From Ylistrum balloti (taxonomy: Eukaryota): DNA of 64,000 nucleotides. The notes below the pieces were generated by a model, which saw only the letters and a program-made list of their open reading frames with translations, was not told the DNA's origin and ran no database searches. Within the stretch, counting starts at the first letter, position 1. Each line of letters starts with the position of its first letter. Location: the NCBI RefSeq assembly GCF_031769215.1, contig NW_026782136.1:310001-374000 (forward strand), written 5' to 3'. Made by a program: the position numbers and the translations under genes. This document shows, piece by piece, positions 1 through 12,070 of the stretch.

Positions 1-245
1 TTCCGATGTAATTGGAATAGACTACGTCACAAGCTGCTTTCAGGTCCTCAAAAATCACCAAAACACTGTTCAGACTGAGTTTCCGTATCTCTCTGATCGT
101 TCCAAATTTCGAAAATATGGCACGGAGCAGTTCGTGATTGAAATCGATCTGATAACGTTTCTGTTGCCATCTTACGACGACGGAAGCCAGTGGGAACTGA
201 AGACGTTCATTCTGTCGGAAATGCTTCATTGTCGATTTCATCCAA
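1..245 (-). CDS. TEX56-like exon (RRM-like region)
   Basis: Acceptor cttttcttgtcatcag; open frame WMKSTMKHFRQNERLQFPLASVVVRWQQKRYQIDFNHELLRAIFSKFGTIREIRKLSLNSVLVIFEDLKAACDVVYSNYIG. Confidence 0.8.
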
Positions 246-3200
246 CTGATGACAAGAAAAGACAGTTGATAAATTAACACTAATCAGAGAAAGCTGGATA
301 TAACAAAATAAATCACAAGCGTTGCTATCCGGACGATGGCAATACAGATTAAAATGATAAAGATGACAAATTAAGTCTGAGAATTTAACTTTATATGAAT
401 GTTATACTTCCTTATAAAGTCATTCAGATATATGTATAGTCATGATTCATTAAGTATTTCACAGGATCGACAATGATATCAGCAGTAAATAATCCTCATA
501 TCAAATTGTAACAGTTACGTGTAAACTACTGTACTTCTGATAGCCAATATAGAATTGTAACAGTTACACATTAACTACTGTACTTCTGATAGTCAATATC
601 AAATTGTAACAGTTACACATAAACTACTGTACTTCTGATAGTCAATATCAAATTGTAACAGTTACACATAAACTACTGTACTTCTGATAGCCAATATAGA
701 ATTGTAACAGTTACACATAAACTACTGTACTTCTGATAGCCAATATAAAATTGTAACAGTTACACATAAACTACTGTACTTCTGATAGTCAATATCAAAT
801 TGTAACAGTTACACATAAACTACTGTACTTCTGATAGCCAATATAGAATTGTAACAGTTACACATAAACTACTGTACTTCTGATAGCCAATATAAAATTG
901 TAACAGTTACACATAAACTACTGTACTTCTGATAGTCAATATAGAATTGTAACAGTTACACATTAACTACTGTACTTCTGATAGTCAATATAAAATTGTA
1001 ACAGTTACACATTAACTACTGTACTTCTGATAGTCAATATCAAATTGTAACAGTTACACACAAACTACTGTACTTCTGATAGCCAATATAGAATTGTAAC
1101 AGTTACACACAAACTACTGTACTTCTGATAGTCAATATAGAATTGTAACAGTTACACACAAACTACTGTACTTCTGATAGTCAATATAGAATTGTAACAG
1201 TTACACAAACTACTGTACTTCTGACAGTCAATATAAAATTGTAACAGTTACACATAAACTACTGTACTTCTGACAGTCAATATAAAATTGTAACAGTTAC
1301 ACACAAACTACTGTACTTCTGACAGTCAATATAAAATTGTAACAGTTATACACAAACTACTGTACTTCTGACAGTCAATATAGAATTGTAACAGTTACAC
1401 ACAAACTACTGTACTTCTGATAGTCAATATAGAATTGTAACAGTTACACACAAACTACTGTACTTCTGATAGCCAATATAAACCTCTACAAAGAAAAGCA
1501 TCGTCATTAAAATAAAAAAAAGCATACGCATGGTATCTCATTGATCGCTATGTGTTAAAATTATTGAGATAGAATGAGACGAACATCAACTGTCTGGGTT
1601 GACACTATTATAAGCTAAAGAAACTGTTGTTATCGTAGCATGCAATTCAGAAAGAAGGCAGATTGAAATCATTTTAAAGGCATGTCTATTTCCAAATTTA
1701 TGATATTTTCAGAAGTCAAAATTTGCTAAACAGTCGAGGCCGTTACTTTAAGCTCAAGCTAGATCATTGTGTGTGTATTACAAAATTGATTGGCATATGT
1801 GTTTTATAAGCGAAATTAGTGTGTCTCCTACGTTTGATTAGTGTATGTGTGTATTAATTGTTGTATGTGTGTATTGCACGGTTGCTTTGTGTTTGTGTAT
1901 CATACGGTTAATTATTGTATGTGAGTCTGTGTTATACCGTATGGAGTCTACATCACGTCGACTGTCTGTGTTATACCGTACGAAGTCTACATCACGTCGG
2001 CTGTCTGTGTTATACCGTATGGAGTCTACATCACGTCGGCTGTCTGTGTTATACCGTATGGAGTCTACATCACGTCGACTGTCTGTGTTATACCGTACGA
2101 AGTCTACATCACGTCGGCTGTCTGTGTTATACCGTATGGAGTCTACATCACGTCGGCTGTCTGTGTTATACCGTATGGAGTCTACATCACGTCGACTGTC
2201 TGTGTTATACCGTACGAAGTCTACATCACGTCGGCTGTCTGTGTTATACCGTATGGAGTCTACATCACGTCGGCTGTCTGTGTTATACCGTATGGAGTCT
2301 ACATCACGTCGGCTATGTGTTATACCGTACGGAGTCTACATCACGTCGGCTGTCTGTGTTATACCGTATGGAGTCTACATCACGTCGGCTGTCTGTGTTA
2401 TACCGTATGGAGTCTACATCACGTCGACTGTCTGTGTTATACCGTACGAAGTCTACATCACGTCGACTGTCTGTGTTATACCGTACGGAGTCTACATCAC
2501 GTCGACTGTGTGTTATACCGTACGGAGTCTACAACACGTCGACTGTCTGTGTTATACCGTACGGAGTCTACATCACGTCGACTGTGTGTTATACCGTACG
2601 GAGTCTACATCACGTCGACTGTCTGTGTTGTACCGTATGGAGTCTACATCACGTCGACTGTCTGTGTTATACCGTACGGAGTCTACATCACGTCGACTGT
2701 CCGTGTTATACCGTACGGAGTCTACATCACGTCGACTGTCCGTGTTGTACCGTACGGAGTCTACATCACGTCGACTGTCTGTACTATACCGTACGGAGTC
2801 TACATCACGTCGACTGTCCGTGTTATACCGTACGGAGTCTACATCACGTCGACTGTCTGTGTTGTACCGTACGGAGTCTACATCACGTCGACTGTTGTGT
2901 TATACCGTACGGAGTCTACATCACGTCGACTGTCTGTGTTATACCGTACGGAGTCTACATCACGTCGACTGTCCGTGTTATACCGTACGGAGTCTACATC
3001 ACGTGTTATACCGTACGGAGTCTACAACACGTCGACTGTCTGTGTTATACCGTACGGAGTCTACATCACGTCGACTGTCTGTGTTATACCGTACGGAGTC
3101 TACAACACGTCGACTGTGTGCGTTATACCGTACAGTGTCTATATCACGTCGACTGTCTACGTTTAACACTGAGTATCTTTTCCATGAATCATTTGTAAAA

Positions 3201-6200
3201 ACGCTGCGAGTTACAACAACTTTCCTTTCTATAACGTTTAAAACAGAGACAAGGCACCAGAATTCCGAATATCAAATTTCTACATTTAAAACTTCTGCCA
3301 TAATTCTTCAAACACATTAAGAGATTGTTTATCATCGTCGTCGATATTCAATCATTTCATAATCGTAAATACGTGTAGTGGAAATGTCATATATGGAAAT
3401 CTGGGATAATAATTACTTTGCCTTTTATGTCTGCGCTCACACTTCAATATATTGATGAATATCCTAGCTGTTTACTGGCGCTGTTAGTGTGGGCGATCCG
3501 ACACTTTCAAGTATTAGCAGAACAGTGTACACAGCGTTGCTCACTTACTGACATTGCTATAGTCTGGCGTGAACGATAACTGATCTCAGTAGATTGTCTT
3601 TAACAATCCACTATTTCCGCGGTAATTGATTCCAATGATATAATTCAGAATATGAACAAATAACATAGCTTATTTCGTGTTATTAAACACCGATTTAATA
3701 TTCTGTATCCTAATTCACATCAAACTCAATCGAATTTAGAATTCTAAAATACAATTAACCGATGCAAGAATTCCAACACAAGTTTGGTTATCTCATAACA
3801 TGTACGTTTGTCTGATAGGATCTGGTGTTTAGCTTGTTTCTGTTAATTGATCATCTCACTCTCTCATTAAAACGTTCCTGTTGCTGCGAACTGATGTCGT
3901 GACAACGACTAGGGTGTTAAAATACCTTGCTAATCAGCCATGTCATATCTTCATCACTTCTGTTGGAATTTACCGCCAGCCTTTTGTCGATGTTTTCTGA
4001 CAGTCGATATTTCATCTGTACAGTATTTGTCACGACTCTGATCAAATAATTCAGTGTTTTGATGGGGTTTTTTTGACGTTCGTCAAGGAGCTCAACAGTT
4101 CCACACTAAAGATGATATATGTATTTCTTTTGACTTATTTCAAATTTGTTCTGGAGAGAAACACGCATTGACAGTAATAAAACAGTGTGAATATACTTAC
4201 CTGTTGGTAAAAAAATTGATAACTGTACGTGGCTACTCTCGGTGACTTACCTGTATGTAACTATTGGTGACTTACCTGTATGTAACTTTTGATGACTTAC
4301 CTGTATGTAACTATTAATGACTTACCTGTATGTAACTTTTTATGACTTACCTGCATGTAACTTTTGATGACTTACCTGTGTGTGATTATTGATGAATTAC
4401 CTGTGTGTGATTATTGATAAATTACCTGTGTGTGATTATAGATGAATTACCTGTGTGTGACTATTGATGAATTACCTGTGTGTGATTGTTGATGAATTAC
4501 CTGTACGTGACAACTGATTACTTATCAGTAAACAACTACAACTGTACTCTAGTTGCTTTGAATGGGATCAGATGGACCTCCTGTATGGTGTTCAGCGAGG
4601 TAGCCACTAGCAAGTACAAGGAGGCCCCGCCTCAAAATGACACTGACTATTTATAGGTTGATAAACATCACAAAAACAAACGAACACAGTATCGGTAATT
4701 TACTCGGAATGTTAGTGACCTTCAGGTGACAAGAAGTGACCTATCTTCAGGTGACCAGAAGTGACCTACCTAAAGGTGACTACTACTTACCTGGCCGGTA
4801 ATTGTTTCTTGTCCTTCGGTGCAAACGAATTGGTGGCACTTTTACAACACACCTGTCTCACAAAGTGGATGACGTTCTCGTAGCACATGCAACGTGCCGC
4901 GGATTTTTTAGTTAATTGAGATATCGGAGGATCTGTGCCAATGAAAACGGAAGCAGTGGAGAATGTATGCCCATGAAACAGAAATGTTCACGCTTACCTC
5001 GCTGACATTGTTATTGTGACAAAGGACCGTCCCTGAATGTGGATAAATATGTTCTGCAGAAGATTTATAATTTGATAGATATAATCCAGTACTGTACTGA
5101 AAGCAGAGACCAAACACGACTTAAACATCATATAACAATTAAAGAGATGGAAACTACAGAGAATTGTAAATGTGTTTCTTAATGTTTCATATAACAGAGT
5201 AATAACATAGAGATATCCTAGATCAAAATAGAAACAATAAAAGTAAATTAATTAAACATTCCAAAATAGATATAAATCTCAACTTGCTCGCAGTTTTGCA
5301 AAACACAAGGACGACGATTTACATAAGCTTAGAGGCATATCTCATATGAATACTAAAACACTATTAAACAGACATCACCATGGTGATTAGGGGTGGTTTG
5401 GACGGAACATCTCGTCTGAATACTAAAACACCATTAAACAGACATCACCATGGTGATTAGGGGTGGTTTGGACGGAACATCTCGTCTGAATACTAAAACA
5501 CCATTAAACAGACATCACCATGGTGATTAGGGGTGGTTTGGACGGAACATCTCGTCTGAATACTAAAACACCATTAAACAGACATCACCATGGTGATGAG
5601 GTATGTTTGGACGGAACATCTCGTCTGAATACTAAAACACCATTAAACAGACATCACCATGGTGATTAGGTATGTCTGGACGGAACATCTTGTCTGAATT
5701 CTAATACACCATTAAACAGACATCACCATGGTGATTAGGGGTGGTTTGGACGGAACATCTCGTCTGAATACTAAAACACCATTAAACAGACATCACCATG
5801 GTGATTAGGTATGTTTGAACGGAACATCTCGTCTGAATACTAAAACACCATTAAACAGACATCACCATGGTGATTAGGGGAGGTTTGGACAGAATATCTC
5901 ATAATACTAAAACACCATTAAACAGACATCACCATGGTGATTAGGGGTGGTTAAGACAGAATATCTCATATGAATACTAAAACACCATTAAACAGACATC
6001 ACCATGGTGATTAGGGGAAGTTTGGACGGAACATCTCGTCTGAATACTAAAACACCATTAAACAGACATCACCATGGTGATTAGGGGAGGTTTGGACAGA
6101 ATATCTCATAATACTTAAACACCATTAAACAGACATCACCATGGTGATTAGGGGTGGTTAAGACAGAATATCTCATATGAATACTAAAACACCATTAAAC

Positions 6201-9200
6201 AGACATCACCATGGTGATTAGGGGAAGTTTGGACGGAACATCTCGTCTGGATACTAAAACACAATTAAACAGACATCACCATGGTGATGAAGGGTGGTTT
6301 GGATGGAATATCTCATCTGAATACTAAAACATCCTTAAACAGACATCACCATGGTGATTAGGGGAGGTTTGGACAGAATATCTCATATTAATACTAAAAC
6401 ACCATTAAACAGACATCACCATGGTGATTAGGGGAACTTTGGATGGAACATCTCGTCTGAATACTAAAACACCATTAAACAGACATCACCATGGTGATTA
6501 GGGGAGGTTTGGATGGAACATTTCGTCTGGATACTAAAACACCATTAAACAGACATCACCATGGTGATGAAGGGTGGTTTGGATGGAATATCTCGTCTGA
6601 ATACTAAAACACCATTAAACAGACATCACCATGGTGATTAGGGGAAATTTGGACGGAACATCTCGTCTGGATACTAAAACACCATTAAACAGACATCACC
6701 ATGGTGATGAAGGGTGGTTTGGATGGAATATCTCATCTGAATACTAAAACACCATTAAACAGACATCACCATGGTGATTAGGGGAGGTTTGGATGGAACA
6801 TCTCGTCTGAATACTAAAACACCATTAAACAGACATCACCATGGTGATGAGGTATGTTTGGACGGAACATCTCGTCTGAATACTAAAACACCATTAAACA
6901 GCCATCACCATGGTGATGAAGGGTGGTTTGGATAGAATATCTCATCTGAATACTAAAACACTATTAAACAGACATCACCATGGTGATTAGGGGTGGTTTG
7001 GACGGAACATCTCGTCTGAATACTAAAACACCATTAAACAGACACCACCATGGTGATTAGGGGTGGTTAAGACAGAATATCTCATATGAATACTAAAACA
7101 CCATTAAACAGACATCACCATGGTGATTAGGGGTGGTTAAGACAGAATATCTCATATGAATACTAAAACACCATTAAACAGACATCACAATGGTGATAAG
7201 GGGAGGTTTGGACGGAACATCTCGTCTGAATACTAAAACACCATTAAACAGACATCACCATGGTGATTAGGGGAGGTTTGGACAGAACATCTCGTCTGAA
7301 TACTAAAACACCATTTAACAGACATCACCATAGTGATGAGGTATGTCTGGACGGAACATCTTGTCTGAATTCTAATACACCATTAAACAGACATCACCAT
7401 GGTGATTAAGGGAAGATTTGGACGGAATATCTTGTCTGATTACTAAAACACCATTAAACAGACATCACCATGGTGATTAGGGGTGGTTAAGACAGAATAT
7501 CTCATCTGATTACTAAACCACCATTAAACAGACATTACCATGGTGATTAGAGACGGTGATTAGGGGTGGTTTGGACGGAGCATCTCGTCTGCCATCAACT
7601 CAACTCCGATCATATCATGGCTTTTACCTGCGATCGTGCACGTGTAGGAAGGACCCGTTCTGTCTAGGTAGTGTTGTCTAATGAGGGACACGGGCTGTTT
7701 GGGGTCTGCAAGCCGACAGAATACCTGCCATACGTCTGTTCCGCCATGTGGTGATTGAGGAAGTGGTGGCTAAAAAAACGACGAAATGAACAAAAGCTCT
7801 GTACAAAATATAATTCACCAAACTATCTATTTACCGAACAGGACAATTTTCTCTTACAGACAATTCATTTATCATTTAATTCATACCAGTGTTTATCACA
7901 ACTCACAATTCGATCAATTCTCTTATATTTCAGACAATACGTATGTTCTAAGATTCACATTTTTACTGTCGGACAATAGATCATTGTATTGCTTTCCTAC
8001 CGACCAACGCATTCTTGGAATTTCGAATATTCCAATTCACGCATTTCCTTATCTATAGATAAAAAAGGTTGTGTGCTTTTCATAAAAAGTTCACAAAAAA
8101 AAAGGAAAAAGTTTGGGATTTTATCATTAGTATTCTACAGTAAGGAATTGTTGACAATGGGATTTTAGCATTAGCATTTTACAGTTAGAACATGTTGACA
8201 ATGGGATTTTATCATCAAGTATTCTACAGTAAGAATGTTGACAATGGGATTTTATCATTAGTATTCTACAGTAAGAAATTGTTGACAATGGGATTTTATC
8301 ATTAGCATTTTACAGTTAGAACATGTTGACAATGGGATTTTATCATTAGTATTCTACAGTAAGAAATTGTTGACAATGGGATTTTATCATTAGTATTCTA
8401 CAGTAAGAAATGTTGACAATGGGATTTTAGCATTAGCATTCTACAGTAAGAATGTTGACAATGGGATTTTATCATTAGTATTCTACAGTAAGAAATTGTT
8501 GACAATGGGATTTTATCATTAGTATTCTACAGTAAGAAATTGTTGACAATGGGATTTTATCATTAGCATTTTACAGTTAGAACATGTTGACAATGGGATT
8601 TTATCATTAGCATTTTACAGTTAGAACATGTTGACAATGGGATTTTATCATTAGCATTTTACAGTTAGAACATGTTGACAATGGGATTTTATCATTAGTA
8701 TTCTACAGTAAGAATGTTGACAATGGGATTTTATCATTAGTATTTTACAGTAAGAATGTTGACAATGGGATTTTATCATTAGTATTCTACAGTAAGAATG
8801 TTGACAATGGGATTTTATCATTAGTATTTAACAGTAAGAAAATGTTGACAATGGGATTTTATCATTAGTATTTAACAGTAAGAAATTGTTGACAATGGGA
8901 TTCTACCATTAGTATTTTACAGTAAGAAAATGTTGACAATGGGATTTTATCATTAGTATTTAACAGTAAGAAAATGTTGACAATGGGATTTTATCATTAG
9001 TATTTAACAGTAAGAAATTGTTGACAATGGGATTTTATCATTAGTATTCGACAGTAAGAAATTGTTGACAATGGGATTTTATCATTAGTATTTAACAATA
9101 AGAAATGTTGACAATGGGATTTTATCATTAGTATTTTACAGTAAGAAAATGTTGACAATAGGATTTTATCATTAGTATTCGACAGTAAGAATGTTGACAA

Positions 9201-9948
9201 TGGGATTTTATCATTAGTATTTAACAGTAAGAATGTTGACAATGGGATTTTATCATTAGTATTTTACAGTAAGAATGTTGACAATGGGATTCTATTAGCA
9301 TTAGTATTTTACAGTAAGAAAATGTGGACAATGGGATTTTATCATTAGTATTTTACAGTAAGAAATGTTGACAATGGGATTTTATCATTAGTATTTAACA
9401 GTAAGAAATTGTTGACAATGGGATTTTATCATTAGTATTTTACAGTAAGAAAATGTTGACAATGGGATTTTATTATTAGTATTTTACAGTAAGAAAATGT
9501 TGACAATGGGATTTTATCATTAGTATTTTACAGTAAGAAATTGTTGACAATGGGATTTTATCATTAGTATTTTACAGTAAGAAAATGTTGACAATGGGAT
9601 TTTATTATTAGTATTTTACAGTAAGAAAATGTTGACAATGGGATTTTATCATTAGTATTTTACAGTAAGAAATTGTTGACAATGGGATTTTATCATTAGT
9701 ATTTTACAGTAAGAAAATGTTGACAATGGGATTTTATCATTAGTATTTTACAGTAAGAAATTGTTGACAATGGGATTTTATCATTAGTGACAATGGGATT
9801 TTATCATTAGCATTTTACAGTTAGAACATGTTGACAATGGGATTTTATCATTGTTGACAATGGGATTTTATCATTAGTATTCTACAGTCTGTAATTGCTG
9901 ACCAGAGTTTTGTAATATTTTCTCCCGTTGCTTTCCCATCATTTTCAT
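1..9948 (-). CDS. Gene model: TEX56/C6orf201 (DUF4523)-like protein with RRM-like C-terminal region, truncated at window start
   Basis: Phase-consistent exon chain 7628-7769, 4791-4932, 3926-4037, 3549-3579, 3129-3228, 1-245. Translation ...KLSFTPDYSNVKRKVVV...FPLASVVVRW...FSKFGTIREIRKLSLNSVLVIFEDLKAACDVV resembles DUF4523 as recalled (PPMSTIVVRW...FGPIQSV...SAIVAFKD..SAC.AV). The 5' exons at 8005-8052 and 9886-9948 are tentative. Confidence 0.6.
498..1480. repeat. 49-bp minisatellite, about 20 copies, intronic
   Basis: Unit aattgtaacagttacacataaactactgtacttctgatagYcaatatMR; copies start at 553 and 602. Confidence 0.95.
1915..3160. repeat. 39-bp CpG-rich minisatellite, about 31 copies, derived from an exon end plus donor
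   Basis: Unit ctgtctgtgttataccgtacggagtctacatcacgtcga; merges into exon 3129-3228. Confidence 0.95.
3129..3228 (-). CDS. TEX56-like exon
   Basis: gttatag|AA AGG AAA GTT...ACT GTA CG|gtataa; 100 nt, phase 1 to 2; RKVVVTRSVFTNDSWKRYSVLNVDSRRDIDTVR; phase matches exon 1-245. Confidence 0.7.
3549..3579 (-). CDS. TEX56-like micro-exon (31 nt)
   Basis: gatcag|TTA TCG TTC ACG CCA GAC TAT AGC AAT GTC A|gtaagt; supplies the phase 0 to 1 bridge needed between its neighbours. Confidence 0.6.
3926..4037 (-). CDS. TEX56-like exon
   Basis: ttgatcag|A GTC GTG...AGC AAG|gtattt; 112 nt; VVTNTVQMKYRLSENIDKRLAVNSNRSDEDMTWLISK. Confidence 0.6.
4243..4510. repeat. 25-bp minisatellite, about 11 copies, each reading CAG|GTAAGT or CAG|GTAATT on the minus strand
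   Basis: Unit tgacttacctgtatgtaactattgg drifting to tgaattacctgtgtgtgattattga. Confidence 0.9.
4791..4932 (-). CDS. TEX56-like exon
   Basis: ttggcacag|AT CCT CCG...GCC AG|gtaagt; 142 nt, only one open frame, PPISQLTKKSAARCMCYENVIHFVRQVCCKSATNSFAPKDKKQLPA. Confidence 0.6.
5338..7590. repeat. 70-bp minisatellite, about 32 copies, with a palindromic core
   Basis: Unit atctcgtctgaatactaaaacaccattaaacagacatcaccatggtgattaggggtggtttggacggaac; copies at 5401 and 5471. Confidence 0.95.
7628..7769 (-). CDS. TEX56-like exon
   Basis: gtttttttag|CCA CCA CTT...ATC GCA G|gtaaaa; 142 nt, phase 0 to 1; PPLPQSPHGGTDVWQVFCRLADPKQPVSLIRQHYLDRTGPSYTCTIA; joins 4932 in frame. Confidence 0.55.
8005..8052 (-). 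CDS. Tentative TEX56-like exon
   Basis: Strong acceptor ttttttatctatag; donor uncertain (TTG|gtcggt gives IRKCVNWNIRNSKNAL in phase 0). Confidence 0.3.
8115..9885. repeat. 42-44-bp AT-rich minisatellite, about 40 copies
   Basis: Unit tgttgacaatgggattttatcattagtattttacagtaagaaaa. Confidence 0.95.
9886..9948 (-). CDS. Tentative first coding exon of the TEX56-like gene
   Basis: ATG AAA ATG ATG GGA...CAG ACT|gtagaa; MKMMGKQREKILQNSGQQLQT; weak donor that coincides with the array edge. Confidence 0.25.
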
Positions 9949-10574
9949 TCGGAAATAGCAATTACGTTCTTTTGTGACGTCATGGCGTTTCTTCTTTACT
10001 CGAATGTTATATATAGGAAAATAACAGTGATTAACCACAAAATACGATCACAGTTTTCGCCTGTATGTCTTAGTTTGTGAAATATCTTCTGAATCGATGG
10101 AAATCCGACACTAGTGTTCTTGGCGAGGTGTTGTTATTGCACCCTTTACAAATGTCTCCTGTACAGGAGATGACGTCATGACTAAACATTTGTATATGAA
10201 TGTTCCAGCCGTAGTTTCGTAAATAACACCTCCTTATTTGTTTCCAGTTTCTCATTTCCTTTCCATTCTCTATGCTTCGTGTACTTTGGTGATGAAAATT
10301 TTTAAATGTCGTTATGTTATACTTAAGGATAAAGAATGGTGACTGAGTTCGTCCTTTGGCATCAAGATTGATTGGAGTGAAGCGTGGTTTTGATTTTCTT
10401 TTGTTGAGTTATTATGTAATAATGGCAAGTGTTTCATAAACCTCCACCATTTTCCCAGGGATCCCATTACGTTCATTTTGTAGTAAACAATATTCTTTAA
10501 CATATCTGTCAAAATAACGGTGATGGATCGTATTCTCCAGGCTCAACGTCTATTGGTATGATTCAGCGTCAACA

Positions 10575-11620
10575 AACTTTCCTTATAAAGAACAATCTAC
10601 TCCTATCTGTCTACATCAGATACCCTGCTTCAGAACGGCGTGATATTACCTACCTCCCTATAAAGAACAGTCTGCTCCTGTATGTCTACATAGGATATCC
10701 TGCTTCAGAACGGCGTGATATTACCTACCTCCCTATAAAGAACAGTCTGCTCCTGTATGTCTACATCAGATACCCTGCTTCAGAACGGCGTGATATTACC
10801 TACCTCCCTATAAAGAACAGTCTGCTCCTGTATGTCTACATCAGATACCCTGCTTCAGAACGGCGTGATATTACCTACCTCCCTATAAAGAACAGTCTTC
10901 TATATGGCTACATATGTGGTTCAGAACAGTGTGATATTACTTACCTCCCTATAAAGAACAGCCTGCCCCTATATGTATACATAAGATATCCTGCTTCAGA
11001 ACAGCGTGATATTACCTACCTCTCTATAAAGAACAGTCTGCCCCTCTATGTATACATAGGACACCCTGCTTCAGAACGGCGTGATATTACCTACCTCCCT
11101 ATAAAGAACAGCCTGCTCCTGTATGTCTAAATAAGATATCCTGCTTCATCACGGCGTGATATCACCTACCTCCCTATAAAGAACAACCTGCTCCTGTATG
11201 TCGACATAGGATATCCTGCTTCAGAACAGCGTGATATTACCTACCTCCCTATAAAAAACAGTCTGCTCCTGTATGTCTAGATAGGATATCCTGCTTCAGA
11301 ACAGCGTGATATTACCTACCTCCCTATAAAGAACAGTCTGCTCCTGTATGTCTACATAGGATGTCCTGCTTCAGAACAGCGTGATATTACCTACCTCCCT
11401 ATAAAGAAACTTCTGCTCCTATATGTATAAATAGGACACCCTGCTTCAGAACGGCGTGATATTGCCTACCTCCCTATAAAGAACAGTCTGCTCCTATATG
11501 TCTACATAGGATATCCTGCTTCATCACGGCGTGATATTACCTATCTCCCTATAATGAATAGTATTCTATATGTCTACATATGTGCTTCAGAACAGCGTGA
11601 TATTGCCTACCTCCCTATGA
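10575..11620. repeat. 75-bp minisatellite, about 14 copies
   Basis: Unit tatcctgcttcagaacggcgtgatattacctacctccctataaagaacagtctgctcctgtatgtctacatagga; copies at 10621 and 10696. Confidence 0.95.
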
Positions 11621-11984
11621 ATCAAATACGTACGAAATTTGCGAAAAGGATTCATCCATTTCTCTCAAGAAATAGCGGCAGAAAGCCTTTTCTCTCAATA
11701 TCAAAAAAACGATTTTATCTTAACTATGACGCAGTTTTAGAATTGAACTTGCATACCTGCGGACATGGAAAATCTATATATGAATAGAATAACATCTAGA
11801 CCTCTTCGCAAGAAATAGCAATTGAAGTTATTTTGTTTTGAAGTATATCATTGGCGGACGACTGGTTTCCAGGCGCGTAATCATTTTTACGCAAATACGC
11901 TGGTCCATACATATCATTTCAGAAAACAAGTTCTTACAATCATCCTGATTTTTACCAGCTTTTCGTGGGGTTGAGTGTGGTTTC

Positions 11985-12005
11985 ACTCCCCCCTCCTCCC
12001 CCTCC

Positions 12006-12052
<47 letters not shown>

Positions 12053-12070
12053 CCCCCCCCTCTCTCTCCC
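11985..12070. repeat. (CT)n microsatellite with poly-C in a polypyrimidine tract
   Basis: About 22 CT units followed by a C run of about 11. Confidence 0.95.

Noticed and set aside
1845-3320. Overlapping 283-491-aa plus-strand ORFs
   Set aside because: Products of the 39-bp array, open in multiple frames. The real exon here is on the minus strand.
5338-7590. CRISPR-like appearance (palindromic repeat plus variable segment)
   Set aside because: The variable segments are reused alleles of one sequence, not unique spacers. There are no cas genes, and the context is eukaryotic and intronic.
9950-10512. Short minus-strand ORFs 10070-10255 and 10312-10512
   Set aside because: No continuous frame or recognisable motif; more likely leader or intergenic sequence.
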